Of a stretch of 64,000 nucleotides of DNA, positions 35,901 to 48,619 are shown one piece after another (positions within the stretch are counted from its first letter, which is position 1; each line of letters begins with the position of its first letter). The translations under genes were made by a program, and so were the position numbers. Location: NCBI GenBank assembly GCA_963766715.1, contig CAVYBH010000014.1, forward strand, positions 1 to 64,000, read 5' to 3'. The DNA is from an uncultured delta proteobacterium. Its GTDB lineage: Bacteria; Myxococcota; Myxococcia; Myxococcales; Anaeromyxobacteraceae. Below the pieces are notes generated by a model. The model ran no database searches and was not told the DNA's origin. It saw nothing but the letters and a program-made list of their open reading frames with translations.

Positions 35901-36604
35901 AGACGATGAACTTCGAGTGATACCAGTCGGCGCTCTCGGCCACGTCGGTCTGCTCGCCCCAGACCTCCGGGGACGCGTTCGGCAGGTCGCAGTACCAGTC
36001 GTAGAAGGAGAGGTTCACGCCGCCCGAGGAGCTGCAGGAAGCGCGAGCCGGCCGCGAAGCTGAGCATCGACATGGCCGGGATGGGGCTGAAGCCGATGAT
36101 GCGGTCCGAGCCGTGCTTCAGGATGGTGTGGATGGTGGACGCGGCGGTGAGCTCGAGCACCTCGTCCCAGGAGCTGCGGCGCAGCCCGCCCTTGCCGCGG
36201 GCCTCCTGGTAGCTCTGCCGCCTGGCGGGGTCGTCCACGATCGACGCCCAGGCGGCCACCGGATCGGTGTGGTGCTTGCGCGCCTCGCGCCACAGGTCCA
36301 TGAGCACGCCGCGCAGGTACGGGTACTTCACCCGCAGCGGGCTGTAGAGGTACCAGGAGGCGGAGATGCCGCGCTGGCAGCCGCGCGGCTCGTAGGCCGG
36401 GACGTCGCAGGAGATGCGGGGGTAGTCGGTGGCCTGGGTCTCCAGCGCGACCACGCCGTTCTTCACGTGGATGTTCCAGGAGCAGCCGCCCGTGCAGTTC
36501 ACGCCGTGGGTGCTTCGCACGACCTTGTCGGTCTGGAAGCGGTTCCGGTAGATCTCCTCCCAGCGCCGCTCGTCCGGATCGAAGATGTCCTTCACCCAGC
36601 TCAT
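32980..36604 (-). CDS. narG: Respiratory nitrate reductase alpha subunit (frameshift near 36020)
   Basis: [59 protein letters not shown]; no Tat signal. Confidence 0.96.
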
Positions 36605-37113
36605 CGGGAGCCTCCGTCGTGCGAGGGGTACGCGCGGGCGATCAGGCGGGCCCGGGAGCGCGGCTTGCGCCGGCGCGAGTTCGCGGCCAGCCCGGCGAAG
36701 AGCAGGAGCGCGACGAGCGCTCCGCAGGCCACGAAGTGCAGGGTGGCGGCGGGCGGCCCGCGCTTCGCGGCGGGGATGAGGAAGGCGGCCAGGTCGGCCC
36801 GCTCGGCCTCCGTGAGCGCGTGCCCGTCGTAGACGGGAACCATGGTGGGGAAGGGGAGGGTGTCGAGCAGCCCCAGGAGCGCCTCGGTGTCCATGCCGGC
36901 GAGGCTCGTCGAGAGCTCCGGGCCGAGCGTGGCGGTGAAGGGCACCCCCTCGCCGCCGATGGCGTGGCAGGCGCCGCAGGGGGCGCCTCCGGCCTGGAAG
37001 GCGCGGGCCCCGATGAAGAGGGCCCGGCCCGTTTCCGCGGAGGGCTCGGCGGCGCCTGCGACGGAGGCGACACCGACGAGCAACGACAGGAAGCCAGTCC
37101 GGACGGCACGCAT
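36601..37113 (-). CDS. Membrane-anchored monoheme cytochrome c (NarC-like)
   Basis: Signal peptide, CGACH, distal PTM, C-terminal TM; ATGA overlap with narG. Confidence 0.85.
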   Translation of the reverse strand: MRAVRTGFLSLLVGVASVAGAAEPSAETGRALFIGARAFQAGGAPCGACHAIGGEGVPFTATLGPELSTSLAGMDTEALLGLLDTLPFPTMVPVYDGHALTEAERADLAAFLIPAAKRGPPAATLHFVACGALVALLLFAGLAANSRRRKPRSRARLIARAYPSHDGGSR

Positions 37114-37130
37114 GGGATCCCCCTCCCTCG

Positions 37131-37688
37131 CTACGCCGCACCTTCACCGTGGCGCTGCGCCAGCTCCGCCGCAAGACCCTTCAGGGCGTCACCCCCCGAT
37201 GCGACCTGCACTGCCTCGAAGGCGGCACAGTCGCGGTCCACCCGGGCGAGCGCCTCCACGTGCAGCCGCTGCCGGGCCATCGGGTAGAGGATCTGGTCCT
37301 CCTTGCGGATGTGGCTGCGGAGGAGCTCGGCGTAGCCCCGGGCGGCGGCGACGGCGGCGTCCCGATCCGCGTCGGTCCAGGGAGCGGGCTGGGCGGCGCG
37401 CTCCGCCATCCTGCCGACGAAGGCACGGCCGGACGCGTGGTCCATGAGCATGACCGCGATGGGGCCGGACTCCTGCGGGAAGCCGGCCGCCACCATGGCC
37501 CGGAAGAGGATGTCCTCCTCCTTGCCGTGGTGGCGCGCGTCGGCGAACTCGCGGATGAAGCGGACGAAGCGGCCGAGCTCGGCCTTGTCCTCGTCGCCGC
37601 GGGAGAGCTTCGCGGCGAAGGCGTCGAGCGCGTCGAGGGAGCGGAGGATGAGCTGGTGCTCGTCCATGAGGAGTTCGATGGCGTCCAT
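37131..37688 (-). CDS. Hemerythrin/HHE cation-binding protein
   Basis: [36 protein letters not shown]. Confidence 0.9.
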   Translation of the reverse strand: MDAIELLMDEHQLILRSLDALDAFAAKLSRGDEDKAELGRFVRFIREFADARHHGKEEDILFRAMVAAGFPQESGPIAVMLMDHASGRAFVGRMAERAAQPAPWTDADRDAAVAAARGYAELLRSHIRKEDQILYPMARQRLHVEALARVDRDCAAFEAVQVASGGDALKGLAAELAQRHGEGAA

Positions 37689-37690
37689 AA

Positions 37691-37706
37691 TGGATAAGTC
37701 TATCCA
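37691..37706. promoter_or_regulatory. Palindromic operator candidate, probably for the Rrf2 regulator
   Basis: TGGATA-agtc-TATCCA, AT-rich, in the divergent hemerythrin/Rrf2 spacer 2 nt from the hemerythrin ATG. Confidence 0.55.
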
Positions 37707-37768
37707 GAATCCCGATTGTGTGTCCAGGGGGATGTGTCTCCGGCGCGGGATCGGTTACCTTGGGCGGC

Positions 37769-38176
37769 GTGAACTTCTCCGCCTCCACCACCCACGCGCT
37801 GCGGGCCACGGCCTGGCTGGCGGCCCACGCCGACGGCGAGGCGGTGCTGGGGCGCGACATGGCGCGGAAGCTGAAGATCCCGCCCGACTACCTCTCCAAG
37901 GTGCTGGCCACGCTGGCCCGCAGCGGCGTGCTCACGGCGGCGCGCGGGGCCAAGGGCGGCTACCGGCTGGCCCGGGCCCCGGAGCGGATCAAGCTGGTCG
38001 AGGTGGTGACGCCCTTCGAGGGCAAGCGCGTGAAGGCGGGCTGCCTGCTCCGCCCCGACAAGCCGTGCCGGGAGACCGGCGCGTGCTCGGCCCACGTCTC
38101 CTGGGGCGGAGTGAACCAGGCCTACCGGGAGTTCCTCGAGAAGACCACGCTGGCCGACATCCGGGACCAGCACTAG
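37769..38176 (+). CDS. Rrf2 family Fe-S transcriptional regulator
   Basis: IPPDYLSKVLATL..G..RGAKGGYRLARAPE.I.L.EVV..FEG; C-x7-C-x5-C-x2-H. Confidence 0.92.
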   Translation: MNFSASTTHALRATAWLAAHADGEAVLGRDMARKLKIPPDYLSKVLATLARSGVLTAARGAKGGYRLARAPERIKLVEVVTPFEGKRVKAGCLLRPDKPCRETGACSAHVSWGGVNQAYREFLEKTTLADIRDQH

Positions 38177-38189
38177 CCAGGAGGCCCAC

Positions 38190-38543
38190 ATGGCGCTGCC
38201 GATGGCCACGAGCGAGACGACGCTTCCGGCGTCCGAGTCGCTCCGCTTCGAGGACCTGATCGCCTACGCGCCGCACGGCATCGCGAGCCGCGTGCTCGCC
38301 AAGACCGGCGGCGGCAACGTCACCCTCTTCGCCTTCGAGAAGGGGCAGGGGCTCACCGAGCACACCTCCCCGTTCGACGCGCTGGTCTTCATCCTCGAGG
38401 GCGCGATGACCCTCACCATCGGCGGCGCGCCGGTGAAGGCGCCGGCGGGCGGGGTGACGCGGATGCCGGCCGGGATCCCGCACGCCCTCGAGGCCGAGGA
38501 GCGCACGCGGATGCTGCTCGTCATGCTGCGCGAGCCGAAGTAG
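38190..38543 (+). CDS. Cupin domain protein
   Basis: VTLFAFEKGQGLTEHTSPFDA, MPAGIPHALEA. Confidence 0.9.
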   Translation: MALPMATSETTLPASESLRFEDLIAYAPHGIASRVLAKTGGGNVTLFAFEKGQGLTEHTSPFDALVFILEGAMTLTIGGAPVKAPAGGVTRMPAGIPHALEAEERTRMLLVMLREPK

Positions 38544-38591
38544 CCGGCCCGGTCCGTGCGAAGGGCTCCGCCCGCCGGTATGAGCCCCTCC

Positions 38592-39582
38592 ATGGCGAAG
38601 CCCAGCACCGCGATGGCAGGAGAAGGTGGCGCCCGACGAGGAGGAGCGGTTCGCGAGGTACGCCGCGGCCTTCGAGGAGATGCAGCGGCGCAAGTCGGAG
38701 CGCTTCGGCCCGGGCCGGGCGCTCCACCGCAAGCAGGTCCTCGGGATCGCCGGGCGGCTCGACGTGCTCCCCGGCCTTCCGGAGCACGCCCGCCACGGGC
38801 TCTTCGCCCTGGCGGGGCCGCACGACGCCTGGGTGCGGCTGTCGAACGGGAGCGCCGATCGCGCCCCGGACAAGCGCCCCGACGTGCGCGGCTTCGCCGT
38901 GAAGGTGCGCGGGCTGCACGGCCCCGGCGCGCTGGGCGGCGAGACGACGTGCCAGGACTTCCTGCTCATCAATCACGCGGCCTTCGCCTTTGCCCGGAGC
39001 GACGAGTTCGTGGAGCTGGTCCTCGCCGCCGGGAAGGGCGGGGGAGCGCTCGCCGCCCACGTCTTCCGGCGCTACGGCCTCGTCGGCGGGGCGAAGTTCC
39101 TGGCCCGGTTCGCCCGCAGCATCGGCCGCCCCTTCAGCGGCTTCGCGACCGAGAAGTTCTACAGCGCCGCCCCCATCGCCTGCGGTCCGTACGCGGCCCG
39201 GGTCCGCATGCTGCCGGCGAGCACCACCCCGACGCCGGGCGCGAACGAGGACTGGGCCGCCGACGTGCTCGGGCGCCTGTCGAAGGCCGATCTCACCTTC
39301 GACCTCCAGCTGCAGTTCTTCACCGACGAGCGGGTCACGCCCATCGAGGACGCCTCCGTCGACTGGCCCGAGACGGAAGCCCCGTACCTGAACGTGGCCC
39401 GGCTGGTCCTGCCCCGCCACGAGCCGGCGTCGGGGGACGCCGAGCTGTCGCGGCGCATCGAGGGCGCCGTCTTCGACCCGTGGTCGGCGCTCCTCGACCA
39501 CCGCCCGCTCGGCGATGTGATGCGCACCCGGAAGGTGGTCTACTTCTCGAGCGAGAAGGTGCGGGGAGCGGTGCCGGGCTAG
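38592..39582 (+). CDS. Small catalase-related heme protein (frameshift near 38615)
   Basis: RALH.K, WVRLSNGS, DVRGFAVKV, QDFLLIN, PIEDASVDW, HRPLG..R..VY. Confidence 0.82.
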
Positions 39583-39608
39583 AGGCGGTCGCCATCAAGG
39601 GGGAACGG

Positions 39609-39968
39609 ATGAACACTCGAGGGTGCAAGGCCCGCGCACGGGTGCGGTTCTTCATTGGCGCATTCACCCTGCTGGCGCTCGCAGGCGCAGGGGTCGCAGA
39701 GGAACCGGCTCAGGTCATGGTGGTGACGGGGACGCCGCCGGGCGCCTGCAAGAACCTGGGCAAGGTGACGGGGATGACCCAGCGCAGTCCTCTGGACGAG
39801 ACCGGGGCGATGAATGACGCGATGAAGCAGGCCCGGGATTTCGGCGCGACGCACTTTCGTTACTATTCCGAATACTCGGGCCAGAGGGGATCCTCCACGT
39901 GGATCTACTTTGGCGTCGCCTACCGCTGCCAGGCCCCGAAGCCTCCTGCTGCGGGCGGCAGCAAGTAG
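39609..39968 (+). CDS. Small exported hypothetical protein (DUF4156-like)
   Basis: Signal peptide; P..C..LG.V.G ... A..GA.H ... GVAYRC. Confidence 0.55.
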   Translation: MNTRGCKARARVRFFIGAFTLLALAGAGVAEEPAQVMVVTGTPPGACKNLGKVTGMTQRSPLDETGAMNDAMKQARDFGATHFRYYSEYSGQRGSSTWIYFGVAYRCQAPKPPAAGGSK

Positions 39969-39970
39969 GC

Positions 39971-40781
39971 TCAGGGCGCGGCGACGGTCACCTCGCCCAG
40001 GCAGTGCTCCACCACGGCCCGGATGGTCTCCTCGGGCCGCTCGAACGGGAAGGCGTGCCCCACGCCGGGCAGCTCCACGAGCCGCGCCCGCGGGATCATG
40101 CGCGCCAGCCGGCGCGAGTTCTCCACCGGCACCAGGCGATCCTGGTTCCCGCTGAGGACGAGCGTGGGGATGCGCAGCTGCGGGAGCCGGTCCTCCGCCT
40201 CGTGCCGGGCGATGGCCAGGATCTGCCGCCGCGCCGCCGTCCGCCGGGGGTGGCCGAGCTTCTCCAGCCACTGGACGAAGCGCCCCCGGTTCGCCGGCCA
40301 GGAACTCGTTCGAGACCAGCAGGCGCGCCATCCGCCGCGGGTTGCGGGAGGAGAGGGTCACGAGCAGGAGGTCGCGGGCCACGCCGAGGCCGGGCTTGTG
40401 GCTCCGCAGCTGGCTGCCGAAGGTGGCGCCCAGCACGAGCGAGCGGACGCGCGACGGGTACTGCAGCGCCAGCTCCTGCGCGATCATGCCGCCCATCGAG
40501 ATCCCGAAGACGCTGGCCTGCGCGATCCCCGCCGCGTCCAGCACGCGGGCGGCGTCGTCGGCGAGGTCGCGGATGCGGAAGCCGCCCGGAGAGGGGGAGG
40601 ACGACCCCATGCCCCGGTTGTCGAAGACCACCACGTGGAACCATTCGGCGAGCCTCGTGGGAAGCGTGTCCCAGGCGTCGGAGCCCATCCCCAGCCCCAT
40701 GATGAGGAGGAGCGGCGGCGCCCCCGGATCGCCGAAGGACTGGTAGTGGATGCGGTAGCCCGGCTGCTCCACGAAGGCCAT
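39971..40781 (-). CDS. Alpha/beta hydrolase (frameshift near 40290)
   Basis: LLLIMGLG, FDNRGMG, GISMGG nucleophile elbow, D.LVP, GH. Confidence 0.9.
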
Positions 40782-40784
40782 GCG

Positions 40785-42184
40785 TCAGCGCCCTCCCGCC
40801 GCGCTGGCCTTGGCCGCCAGCGCCGTCAGCTCGGCCAGCGCCGCCGGGATGGCCTTCGCCAGCACCGGCAGGTCGCGCAGCGCCTCCGCGTCGCCGAGCA
40901 GGCCGATGCCGATCCTGCCGTCGTAGCTCTGGATGGCGATCCCGAGCGTCTGCCCCTGCGCCAGCGGGACGAGCGGGTACCACTCGAGCATCTTCCGCCC
41001 GAGCAGGTAGATGGGCTGCTGCGGCCCGGGGATGTTCGTGACCACCAGGTTCATGTAGCGGAAGGTGGACTGGAAGCGAGCCACCTGGGCGAGCAGGGCC
41101 GGCGGCGCGAAGTCGCCGAGGTGGGTCCAGGCGAGCGCGCCCACGGCCTGGCCGCTCTCCTTCAGCGACTTCATCTCGCCGGCGACCGCCCGAAGCCGCT
41201 TCCAGGCGTCGGGCTCGCCCACCGGCAGCGCGCAGAAGAGGGCGGTGACGCGGTTCCCCAGCGCCCCCGGCGAGTCGTTCCCCCGGACGGAGACCGGGAT
41301 GAGCGCGCGGATCTCGGCGGGCGGCGGCTCGTCCCGCTCCTCGAAGAGCTGGCGGAGCGCGCCGGCGACCACCGCGAGGAGCACGTCGTTCACGGTGCCG
41401 CCCAGGCCGGCCCGGACGGCCTTCACCTCCGCCAGGTCGAGCGACACCATCTCCCAGCGCCGGTGCGGGCCGATGGGGCGGTTGAGCGAGGAGGGGGCGC
41501 GCGCCCCAGGCGCGAGAGGCCGAGGAGCGGCTTCAGCCCAGCCCCCAGCTCGAGCAGCACGCGGCGGGCCGGGCTCGAGGGCTGGAAGGCGCCGCGCACC
41601 AGCTGGAGCGGGTGGGTCACCTGGCCGGCGACCGACCGGGCCACGAGCGAGGCCGCGGCAGGGGCGGGGCGGGGAGTCCAGGGTGCGGGCTCGGCCGGCG
41701 CCACGTCGTCCGGATCGACGCCCAGGAGCACGGTGGCGAGGTCGGCGCCGGACACGCCGTCGAGCATGCAGTGGTGCGTCTTCGAGATGACGGCGAAGCG
41801 GTCGCCGGCGAGCCCCTCCACGAGCCACAGCTCCCAGAGCGGCCGGTCCCGATCGAGGCGCTGGGCGAAGATCCGCGCCGCCAGCTTCTTCAGCGGCTCG
41901 ACGCCGCCGGGGGGCGGCAGCGCCGTGTGGCGCACGTGGTACTCGAGGTCGAGGTTCGCGTCGTCGATCCACACCGGGCGCCCCAGGCCGAGCGGCACGA
42001 AGGCCAGCCGCTGGCGGTAGCGGGGCGCCCGGTCGAGCCGGGACGCGATGAGCGCGATCAGGTCGCGGTACGCCGGGGCCTTGCCCTCGAAGACCGCCAC
42101 CGCCCCCACGTGCATGTGGGCGGTGCGCTCCTCGATGTAGAGGAACATCGCATCGAGGCCGCTGAGCCGCTCGTACCAGGACAT
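40785..42184 (-). CDS. Wax ester synthase / diacylglycerol acyltransferase (frameshift near 41500)
   Basis: LSGLDAMFL..E...HMHVG, RPLWELWLVEGL, HHCMLDG, TVNDV.LA, NLVVTNIPGP. Confidence 0.92.
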
Positions 42185-42187
42185 GGA

Positions 42188-42635
42188 CTACTTGTAATAG
42201 CCCACCGCGCAGACCTGGTCGCCCACCTTGGTGACGTAGCTCACCTTCTGGACCTGCTCGGTGGTGCCGGGGCGGTACCACATGTAGGCGACCTCGCCGA
42301 TCTTGCCCGGCTCGGCCGTCTTGTAGATCTCCTCGCCCAGCGCCTTCCCCGTCTTGTCCTTCAGGTCCTTCAGGCTCTTGCCGGTCAGGGTGGGGTGGGC
42401 GGTGAAGTTGCCGTCCGGGCCGCCGCAGAACACGTACAGGTCGCGGTCCTTGAAGCCGCCCTCGCCCTTCTGGAACATGGCGAGCGCGGTGGCCTGGTTG
42501 GCCTTGAGCGCGACGACGGCCTTCTCCAGCATGGCCTTCGCCTCGGCGGCCGTGCCGTACTCGGCGGCGAGCGCGACCGTGGCGAGCCCGAGCGACAGCG
42601 ACGGCGAGTGAACGGATGAGGTGCTTGCGAATCAT
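42188..42635 (-). CDS. Stand-alone exported single Cache domain protein
   Basis: Signal peptide (frameshifted); [43 protein letters not shown]. Confidence 0.85.
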
Positions 42636-42798
42636 GCGAGCCTCCTTCGGCTTCTCCAGCGGGTTTTCCCCTCCGCGCACTGGCCCGGATCGTCCGGGAA
42701 CGCGAGTCGGCGAGGCCCCCCGAACTGGCGACGCCATGGGGTGCGCACGCGAGGCGGCGGGCCCGCGATATGCTCCGGTCCTGCGAAAGGCGGCCACC

Positions 42799-44404
<1,606 letters not shown>

Positions 44405-44410
44405 CGAGGG

Positions 44411-45190
44411 CTACTTCTTCGGAGGGCCGCCCGGAGGCCGGCCGCCCGGCACCGGTCCGCCCGGCCTGCGGGGTCCGCCGCCACCCGGGCGACCGCCGCC
44501 GCTCCGCTCGTTCTTGCGGTCGTCGCGCAGCGAGTCCATCGAGAAGCCGCCGGTCGAGGCGCCCTTGGCGCCGCGGTCTCCGCCGCCGCCACCGCCCCGG
44601 CCGCCTCCGCGACCCTTGCCGCGACCCTTCTCGTCCTTGTGGGCGTCGGCGACCTGCTTCATGTTCGAGGGCAGGTAGTCCACGACGAACTGGTGCTCGC
44701 CCACCGTCTGGGCGCCGCGGAGCGGCTCCTCGATGCCGAAGACGCGGACCAGGCGGACGTCGCCGGTGCGGCGGCCCACGATGGTGACCGCGGCGCGGAG
44801 CATGCCCAGCCGGTCGCCCGTGCAGCCGGTCGCCTTGGCGACGGCGTCGTCGAGGAGGGCCTTCACGGTCTCGCTCTCGGTCTCGACCTCCGCCTTCTTC
44901 GCAGGGGCGGCGGGCGCGATCGCGGCAGCCTCGGCGGTCTCGCCGGGGGCGATGGCCTCGGCGCCCTCCTCGGCGGGGGGCGCAACCTCGAGCGGGTCGG
45001 CGAGAGGGGCCTCCACGGACTCGGGCGCTGCCTCGGTCGCGGCGGCCGGGGCGGGCTCGGCCGACGCCGCCACGACGACGGCCGGCGTGAACGGCTTCTC
45101 CTCCTCCTTGGGAAGGGAGCGCCGCACCTCGGCGACTGCCGCGGCTGCCATTCGAACCAGGGATCCGCTGAGCTCGGTGAGGGTCTTCAT
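44411..45190 (-). CDS. Hypothetical protein: acidic Ala/Pro/Glu linker, small globular core, RGG-rich tail
   Basis: GGAGG RBS before MKTLTELSG; C-terminal GRGKGRGGGRGGGGGGDRG...RPGG repeats. Confidence 0.7.
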   Translation of the reverse strand: MKTLTELSGSLVRMAAAAVAEVRRSLPKEEEKPFTPAVVVAASAEPAPAAATEAAPESVEAPLADPLEVAPPAEEGAEAIAPGETAEAAAIAPAAPAKKAEVETESETVKALLDDAVAKATGCTGDRLGMLRAAVTIVGRRTGDVRLVRVFGIEEPLRGAQTVGEHQFVVDYLPSNMKQVADAHKDEKGRGKGRGGGRGGGGGGDRGAKGASTGGFSMDSLRDDRKNERSGGGRPGGGGPRRPGGPVPGGRPPGGPPKK

Positions 45191-45322
45191 GCGCCCCTCC
45201 ATACACCTACTTGGGTGGTCCGCGCGACAAGTCTTCGACCCGCGGAGTCGTAGCCCCGCCTGGAGGGTCCGCACCCGCACCGGGGGGCGGAAAAATCCGG
45301 AAAAAGCTGAGATGATTGCTGC

Positions 45323-47225
45323 GTGGGGGAACCGGGGGAAACGTCCAGCCTGCAGGGCCTGTACGAGGCCCTGTTCAAGCACAGCGTGGACGGGGTCCTC
45401 CTCGGGCTGCCCGACGGGACCGTCATCCGCGCCAATCCCTCCGCCTGCCGGATGCTCGGCCGCGGCGAGGCGGAGATTCTCCTGATCGGGCGGGCCGGAT
45501 TCCTGGTCGACGGCCCCGAGGCGCGGCAGCTGCTCGAGACGAGGCGAGACCGGGGCGCGGTCTCGGGCGTCGTCGAGTTCCGCCGGGCCGGACGGGACCA
45601 CCTTCCCGGCCGAGGCGACCTCGACCATCGTCCCGGGCCCCTCGGGCGAGCCCGTCACCTGCACGACGTTCCGCGACGTCACCGAACGGATCCGCTCCGC
45701 CGAGGCGCTCGCGGCCAGCGAGGAGCTCTTCCGGGTCGCCTTCGACGATGCTTCCGTGGGCAAGGCGCTGATGGCGCCGGACGGACATCCACTTCGAGTG
45801 AACCGGGCCGTCTGCGCGATGATGGGGTACCGGGCGGACGAGTTGCTCTCCCTGAACTGGCGGGACTTCACGCACCCGGACGACCGGGAAGCGACGGCTC
45901 GCGAGATCGAGCGGGCGGCCAGGATCCCGGACGCCATCGGGAGGCTGGAGAAGCGCTACATCCGCAAGGACGGCTCCATCCTGTGGTGCGACACCACCAC
46001 CCGGGCCGTGCGCGGTCCCGGGGGAGAGGTACGCCACTTCATCACCAGCCTCGTCGACGTGACGGCCCGGAAGCAGGCGGAGGAGGAGCTGAGGGCGAGC
46101 CACGCGCTGTTCCGCACGCTGGCGGAGGAAGCCCCGATCGGCATCTTCCAGGCCGACGTGTACGGGCACCTCACGTACGTCAATCCCGCCGGCGTCCGGA
46201 TCGCCGGCCTGGAGGCCGATCGGGCCGGCGCCATCGAGTGGAAGCAGTCGATCCATCCGGAGGATCGGGAGCGCGTGGTCCAGGAGTGGTACGAGGCGGT
46301 CTCCGCGGGTCGCGTCTACCTGAACGAGCTCCGGTTCCAGCTGCCCGACGGGAGCGTGACCTGGGTCCGGGTCTCGGGGGCCACCATCCGGAACCAGGAG
46401 GGCATCGTCACCGGGTACATCGGTGTGGTCCAGGACGTCACCCAGTCCCGGGCGCTCCATGCCCAGGTGGCCCTCACCTCGCGCCTGGCCGCGCTGGGGA
46501 CGCTCCTCGCCGGGGTGGCGCACGAGATCAACAATCCCCTCGCCGGGGCGCTCGGTGCGAAGGCCATCGCGCTCGAGGACCTGGAAGGGATCGGCCTGCT
46601 GCTCCGGCAGGACCGGCCCCTCGACCGGTCCGCGGTGGCCCGTCAGCTGGAGCAGACCGTCGACATCCTTCGTCGGGGACAGGACGAGGTCCAGCGCATC
46701 GCCGCCATCGTGCAGGACCTCAACCACTTCGGGCAGCCGAGCCCGGAGCGCGCCCGGATCCGGCTCGAGGATCGGTTGAAGGGCGTGCTCGAGGCCGTCG
46801 CCGAGTCCCTGCAGCCAGGTGTGACGGTCCGGGTCGAAGGGGGCGACGCCCCGCACGTGCTGGGCTCGCCCGCGCAGCTGGATCAGCTGCTGACGGCCCT
46901 CGTCACGAGCGCGGCACGCCCGCTCCCGGACCGGCCGGATCGCGTCGTCACGGTGCACCTGGGCCAGGGTCCCGCGGGCACGGCGCGAATCGACGTGACG
47001 GACGACGGGCCCGGCCTGCAACCCGGGCAGATCGACCGGGTGTTCGAGCCGTTCTTCGCCACCGGCAAGGACGGGCCGAGCGGGCCGAGGGGATTGAGCC
47101 TGCCCGTCGCCCACGCCATCGTGATCGCGCACGGCGGGACGCTCACCGCGACGAGCACGCCCGGAGAGGGCTCGACCTTCCGGGTGGAGCTCCCCGCCGC
47201 GCCCGCCCAGGCGTCCCCGCTATAG
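45323..47225 (+). CDS. Multi-PAS histidine-kinase-like protein with a degenerate ATPase domain (frameshift near 45595)
   Basis: Three PAS/PAC units (ANPSAC, THPDD, IHPED); H-box AHEINNPL; DDGPG; FEPFF; N-box reads LTALVTSA. Confidence 0.85.
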
Positions 47226-47237
47226 TCCGGGGCAGGG

Positions 47238-48619
47238 ATGAGCCCTCTCTCCGCCACCGTCGGCCGGACCCGGTACGCCTTCGCCGACCTGAAGGAGGTC
47301 CTGGCGCAAGGCCTCCCCGCTCCGTTCCGGCGACGAGCTGGCCGGCCTGGCCGCCCGTTCGGCGGAGGAGCGCGTGGCCGCGCGGACGGTGCTGGCCGGC
47401 GTGCCGCTCACCCGGTTCCTGGAGGAGCCGCTCGGTCCCGTACGAGGAGGACGAGGTCACCCGGCTCATCGTCGACGGCCACGACCGCGCCGCCTTCGAG
47501 CCGGTGAAGGGACTCACCGTGGGCGAGCTGCGGGAGTGGCTGCTCGCCTACGAGACCGACGCGACGCGCCTCTCGGCCCTCGCCCCCGGCCTCACGCCGG
47601 AGATGGTGTCGGCGGTGACGAAGCTCATGCGCAACCAGGACCTGGTGCTGGTGGCGAGCAAGTGCCAGGTGACGACCCGCTTCCGCAACACCATCGGGCT
47701 TCCCGGGCGGCTCTCGGTGCGGCTCCAGCCGAACCACCCCACCGACGATCCGGCCGGCATCGCCGCCAGCGTGGTGGACGGCCTCCTGTACGGATGCGGG
47801 GACGCCGTCATCGGCGTGAATCCGGCCACCGACTCGGTGGCCTCCATGGAGGCGCTGGTCCGTCAGCTCGCCGGCGTCATCGAGCGCTACGGGATCCCCA
47901 CCCAGTCCTGCGTGCTGGCCCACGTGACCACCGCGCTGCGCGTGATGGAGCGCGGCGCGCCGGTGGACCTGGTCTTCCAGTCGGTGGGAGGGACCGAGGG
48001 GACGAACCGGAGCTTCGGCATCTCGCTCGCACTGCTCGCCGAGGCCCGCGACGCGGCCCTGTCGCTCCGGCGCGGCACGGTGGGCGAGAACGTCATGTAC
48101 TTCGAGACCGGCCAGGGCTCGGCGCTCTCGGCCGAGGCCCACCACGGCGTCGATCAGCAGACCTGCGAGGCGCGCGCCCACGCCGTGTGCCGGCGCTTCT
48201 CGCCGCTCCTCGTGAACTCGGTGGTGGGCTTCATCGGCCCCGAGTACCTCTACGACGGCAAGCAGATCACCCGCGCCGGGCTGGAGGACCACTGCTGCGG
48301 GAAGCTGCTCGGCCTGCCCATGGGCGTGGACGTCTGCTACACGAACCACGCCGAGGCCGACCAGGACGACATGGACGACCTGCTCACGCTGCTCGGGGCG
48401 GCCGGCTGCTCCTACGTGATGGGCGTGCCCGGCGCCGCCGACGTCATGCTTCACTACCAGTCCACGAGCTTCCACGACGCCCAGTACCTGCGCCAGCTGC
48501 TGGGGCTGCGCCCCGCGCCCGAGTTCGAGGCCTGGCTGCGGGAGATGGGGATCATGGACGAGCACCTTCGCCTCCGGACCGTGCCCCCCGGCCACCGGCT
48601 CCTCCAGGGCGGGCCGTGA
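47238..48619 (+). CDS. eutB: Ethanolamine ammonia-lyase large subunit (frameshifts near 47310 and 47435)
   Basis: PYEEDEVTRLI, RLQPNHPTDD, GDAVIGVNPA, MYFETGQGS, VVGFIGPEYL, CYTNH. Confidence 0.96.

Noticed and set aside
32963..37174. 1403-aa ORF spanning the cytochrome c gene and narG
   Set aside because: Only the narG N-terminal part is in frame; the rest is an alternative-frame read caused by high GC and a frameshift.
45323..48619. Apparent PAS-EutB fusion (1098 aa)
   Set aside because: The kinase stops at 47225 and eutB starts at 47238; the joined ORF results from indels.
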